DNA of 64,000 nt, taken from NCBI GenBank assembly GCA_918797485.1, contig CAKKNE010000001.1, forward strand, positions 868,001-932,000, read 5' to 3'. Each line of letters starts with the position of its first letter. Position 1 is the stretch's first letter. Source of the DNA: Pelagomonas calceolata (lineage: Eukaryota). Both the position numbers and the translations under genes were made by a program. Shown here piece after piece: positions 60,862 through 64,000 of this stretch. Below the pieces are notes generated by a model that was not told where the DNA came from, ran no database searches, and saw nothing but the letters and a program-made list of their open reading frames with translations.

Positions 60862-62778
60862 ATGCGGGGGATCCGCACGATAGCGCTTGCGCGCACGCCG
60901 AGGCGCCTTACAGCACTGTCACCATCTGCAAGCGCCATGCGCGGAGCCGCGTCAGCCGCAAGAATAGCGCTCGCGCGCGCGCCGACGCGCCCTGCAGCAC
61001 TGTCATCATCGCGCAGAGCCGCGTCAAGCGATGCCGACCGCCACCGCAGCACGATCTTCGACCGGCGCAACGTCGAGTTTTTGTTGTGGGAGCAGCCCGC
61101 CTTCGCGGCGCAAGCCGGCGACCGCGAAACGCTTTCCGCGATGTTGGACGCCGCCGAAGATCTAGTCGAGAGCCACGCCTCCGCCGACGCCGTCGCCGAC
61201 GCGCACGAGCCGACCTGGGACCCTGAAACAAACATAGTTTCAATCCCCGCCGAAACGCGAGCGTTCCTGGACGCGCAGCGCGAGGGCGGGTTCACGCTGC
61301 TCGGCGCTGATATAGAGGACGGCGGCCTCGGGCTCTCTCTAACCGCCTCGACGGCGGTCAACTCGATCATCTCGTGCGGCTTTACCTCTGGCCTGGGCGG
61401 CTTTTATGCGTTGACGCACTGCGCCGCGAATTTGATCAAAGCCCACGGGACCACAGAACAAAAAGACACGTATGTGCGACCATTGGTCGAGGGTAGATTT
61501 GGGGGCACGATGGCCCTGTCCGAGGCGCAGAGCGGGTCTAGTCTGAGCAACCTCAAGGCGAAGGCGCGCCATGTCAGTGGAGACGAGTACCGCCTGAGCG
61601 GCAGCAAGATGTGGACCTCGGGTTTTGACCACGACTGCTTCGAGAACATTGTGCATCTAGTCCTGGCGAAGATCGACGGCGACGACACGCCTCCGGGCAA
61701 CCGGGGCATCTCGCTCTTCATCGTGCCCAAGGTACTGCCAGACGGGTCGCCGAACGACGTCGCGCTGAACGGCTTGAACCACAAGATGGGCCAGCGCGCG
61801 CTACCGAACTCCTACTGGTCCATGGAGGAGGGCTGCGTGGGCTACCTGGTCGGCGACGCCAAACATGCGGGATTGATGCAGATGTTCACGATGATGAATG
61901 ATATGAGGGTTGCCGTGGGCCTGCACGCGGCCTGCTGCGGGGTCCGAGGCTTCCAGGAGAGCCTGGCCTACGCGAAGGAGCGGATCCAAGGTTCGGCGTT
62001 AGGTAGCAAAACTCAAGTCCCCATCATCGAGCACGCGGACGTCCGGCGCCAGCTCCTCGCGCAGAAGGCGCTGAGCGAGGGCGCGCTGCACTTATGTTTT
62101 TTTGCCGCGTCACTGGTAGATGACTCGAAGACAAATGAGGAGGCCGCCACGTTGTTGGAGGTATTGATCCCGGTCGTCAAGGCCTGGCCCTCGGAGTTTG
62201 CATTGGAGGCGAACAAGTGGGCCATCCAGGTGCTCGGCGGCTACGGGTATACGCGCGACTACCCGGTCGAAAGATTATATAGAGACAACCGGCTGAACAT
62301 GATTCACGAGGGAACAAATGGGATCCAGGCCCTCGATTTATTAGGGCGCAAAGCTGTGATGAAGGACGGCGCGGCCACGAGAGCGCTCGCGACGGCGATG
62401 ATGAGAGATGTCCATATGAACGCAGACATCTTGCCGGATCTAGCCGCGGATCTGGGTGAAGCCGTCGAGCGCTACGGCGCGACGACGGCTCTCCTTGGAA
62501 AGGAGCTATCTCAGAATCCGGCGCGGGCGCTGGCGAATGCGCACGAGTATTTGAATATGGTCGGCCACACGGTCGTGGCCTGGCTCTGGCTCCGCGAGGC
62601 GGCGGCCGCGCAGAAGGCGCTGCCCTCCGCGACGGGCGCGGACGTGCCCTTCTACGAGGGCAAAATCGCGACGGCGCGCTACTTCTTCAGGCACGAGCTC
62701 GTCAAAACAAAGGCGCAGGCGGATCTTCTGGCATCGCTCGAGACGTCGGCGCTCGACGTTCGGCCGGGGCACTTTTAG
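60862..62778 (+). CDS. Acyl-CoA dehydrogenase (long, DmdC/FadE5-like type), mitochondrial presequence
   Basis: GTMALSEAQSGS, GSKMWTS, GISLFIVPK, HKMG and AIQVLGGYGYTRDYPVERLYRDNRLNMIHEGTNGIQALDL. Confidence 0.92.
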   Translation: MRGIRTIALARTPRRLTALSPSASAMRGAASAARIALARAPTRPAALSSSRRAASSDADRHRSTIFDRRNVEFLLWEQPAFAAQAGDRETLSAMLDAAEDLVESHASADAVADAHEPTWDPETNIVSIPAETRAFLDAQREGGFTLLGADIEDGGLGLSLTASTAVNSIISCGFTSGLGGFYALTHCAANLIKAHGTTEQKDTYVRPLVEGRFGGTMALSEAQSGSSLSNLKAKARHVSGDEYRLSGSKMWTSGFDHDCFENIVHLVLAKIDGDDTPPGNRGISLFIVPKVLPDGSPNDVALNGLNHKMGQRALPNSYWSMEEGCVGYLVGDAKHAGLMQMFTMMNDMRVAVGLHAACCGVRGFQESLAYAKERIQGSALGSKTQVPIIEHADVRRQLLAQKALSEGALHLCFFAASLVDDSKTNEEAATLLEVLIPVVKAWPSEFALEANKWAIQVLGGYGYTRDYPVERLYRDNRLNMIHEGTNGIQALDLLGRKAVMKDGAATRALATAMMRDVHMNADILPDLAADLGEAVERYGATTALLGKELSQNPARALANAHEYLNMVGHTVVAWLWLREAAAAQKALPSATGADVPFYEGKIATARYFFRHELVKTKAQADLLASLETSALDVRPGHF

Positions 62779-62889
62779 GGTATCTTTATTAACGGTTTGT
62801 TGGTGGTCTTTCTTTGTGTTAGACCTACCGAGCTAGTGATTTCCTCGGCGGCGGGACTCCTGTTACGGGTGCTATTTCCTCGCACGACT

Positions 62890-62914
62890 CTAGCGCAGTA
62901 AAGACACTAGCAAG
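62890..62914 (+). promoter_or_regulatory. Recurrent intergenic motif
   Basis: ctagcgcagtaaagacactagcaag, ~210 bp upstream of ATG 63122. Confidence 0.6.
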
Positions 62915-63121
62915 CAAAAATGTCGTGTCTTTTTGGCCGCCGATTGAGCCGATAGAGATCTTTAGAAGCAAGGCAAGACACGTCGTGACGCAGCAAAGTC
63001 ACGTGTCTTGCGTAACGAGCCCTTTCTACGCGCTAACGCAGCGCTGCTCGACGTCTTGCAAGCGGTCGCCTCCGCATACGGACAGCGCCGTCGCGCTGAC
63101 GCCGGCGACGCGGCCGCAGCG

Positions 63122-64000
63122 ATGCGCGACACCCCCCGCGCGCGCAAGCTCCAAGAGCTCATCAAACTTCTATATGGCGACATAAGAGAAAAGGAGCTCC
63201 CGCGCATCCTGTTCCTCTCGTCATTACTATGCTGCATCATCGGCGGTTTTTGGTTATTGGATTCGTTGAAGGACACGGTGCTGGCGACGACGGTCGGTTT
63301 AAGGTACCAGCCCAAGGCGAAATTGATATCCGTCGTGGTCACGCTGTTTGTGGTCAGCGGCTACACGACGCTGGTAAGACGAATACGGCACAAGCCCACG
63401 TTGTTTTATTTAATTGGAGGCGCCTACACGTTGATCTTTATTGTGATCGGCGGGTTGCTGGCGCACGAGACGATCGGCATGCGAAATACGACGCCGGACC
63501 CCCGTCGATTGGTGGGGTGGTTCTCGTATTTCGCCGTGGAGTCCTACGGGTCGTTGATGGTCGCGCTGTTCTGGGCCTTCACGAACGCGTCCGTCGATGC
63601 GGACACGGCGGAAAGTTCGTATGGGTTGGTCGTGGCCTTCGCACAACTCGGAGCCGTCGGCGGCTCGGCTCTGGCGACGCAGGCACGCAGATTACACATC
63701 TCCTTCTTGTATGTGCTCGGGGGCTGCTCCTGCGCGTTAGTGTGCGGCATGGTGGCGTTATTTGAGTACTACTTCGCCGAGGAGCCTCAAACAGAGGCGC
63801 GGCGCGTCGCGTCGGCCGTCGACGAGGATGATGATGAGGAAGAGGAACCACCACCACCACCCGTAGAGAAGAAGGCGGGGCTCTTCGACGGCCTCGACTT
63901 GGTATTGAGGCACTCCTACGTGTTTAATTTACTGATGATCTCGACGCTGTATGAAATCGTGCTCACGGTTTTGGACTTTGAGATGAAAATTGTGGGACGA
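63122..64000 (+). CDS. NTT/TLC-family nucleotide (ATP/ADP) transporter, runs off the window
   Basis: Not in the ORF track. MRDTPRARKLQELIKLLYGD...IIGGFWLLDSLKDTVL...ESYGSLMVALFWAFTNA...SYGLVVAFAQLGAVGGS. Confidence 0.8.
   Translation, partial: MRDTPRARKLQELIKLLYGDIREKELPRILFLSSLLCCIIGGFWLLDSLKDTVLATTVGLRYQPKAKLISVVVTLFVVSGYTTLVRRIRHKPTLFYLIGGAYTLIFIVIGGLLAHETIGMRNTTPDPRRLVGWFSYFAVESYGSLMVALFWAFTNASVDADTAESSYGLVVAFAQLGAVGGSALATQARRLHISFLYVLGGCSCALVCGMVALFEYYFAEEPQTEARRVASAVDEDDDEEEEPPPPPVEKKAGLFDGLDLVLRHSYVFNLLMISTLYEIVLTVLDFEMKIVGR

Noticed and set aside
1..64000. Autonomous transposase for the Introner family; tRNA/rRNA genes
   Set aside because: No DDE/hAT-like ORF and no recognisable structural RNA gene was seen by eye. 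A covariance-model scan was not possible.

Overview
This is a GC-rich, very gene-dense eukaryotic nuclear region with about 33 protein-coding loci, often head-to-head and with tiny tail-to-tail gaps. Bipartite plastid-targeting leaders, CEP19, a gamma-CA-like gene, a selenoprotein and the intron type suggest a flagellated ochrophyte alga, most likely a pelagophyte such as Pelagomonas or Aureococcus (inference). Three non-obvious systems are visible. (1) About 10 introns are copies of one MITE-like 'Introner' family. It has ~15-bp terminal inverted repeats (CTGTGTGGAAATCAA...TTGATTTCCACACAG) and 8-bp target-site duplications (TSDs). The TIR supplies the AG acceptor and the duplicated exon sequence supplies the GC/GT donor. 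Copies occur in both orientations and at different stages of decay. (2) A conserved intergenic motif, GCTAG-C-Nx-GTAA(G/C)ACACTAG(C/A)AAG, occurs about 17 times, roughly 65-340 bp upstream of start codons. It is a candidate bidirectional promoter or chromatin element. (3) A glutathione peroxidase reads through an in-frame UGA (selenocysteine) and has a non-canonical SECIS hairpin. Other highlights are a ~3200-aa ABCA transporter with a Cys-rich N-terminus, a SOD-like/cupredoxin/fasciclin surface protein, an Mtr4/Ski2-like pseudo-helicase, a LicD-like pseudoenzyme, CRIPT-WW, GATA-RING and Tudor-AP2 fusions, and an orphan ERGIC 3' fragment. I recognised no rRNA, tRNA, CRISPR array or transposase. 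All family calls are by motif recognition, not database search.
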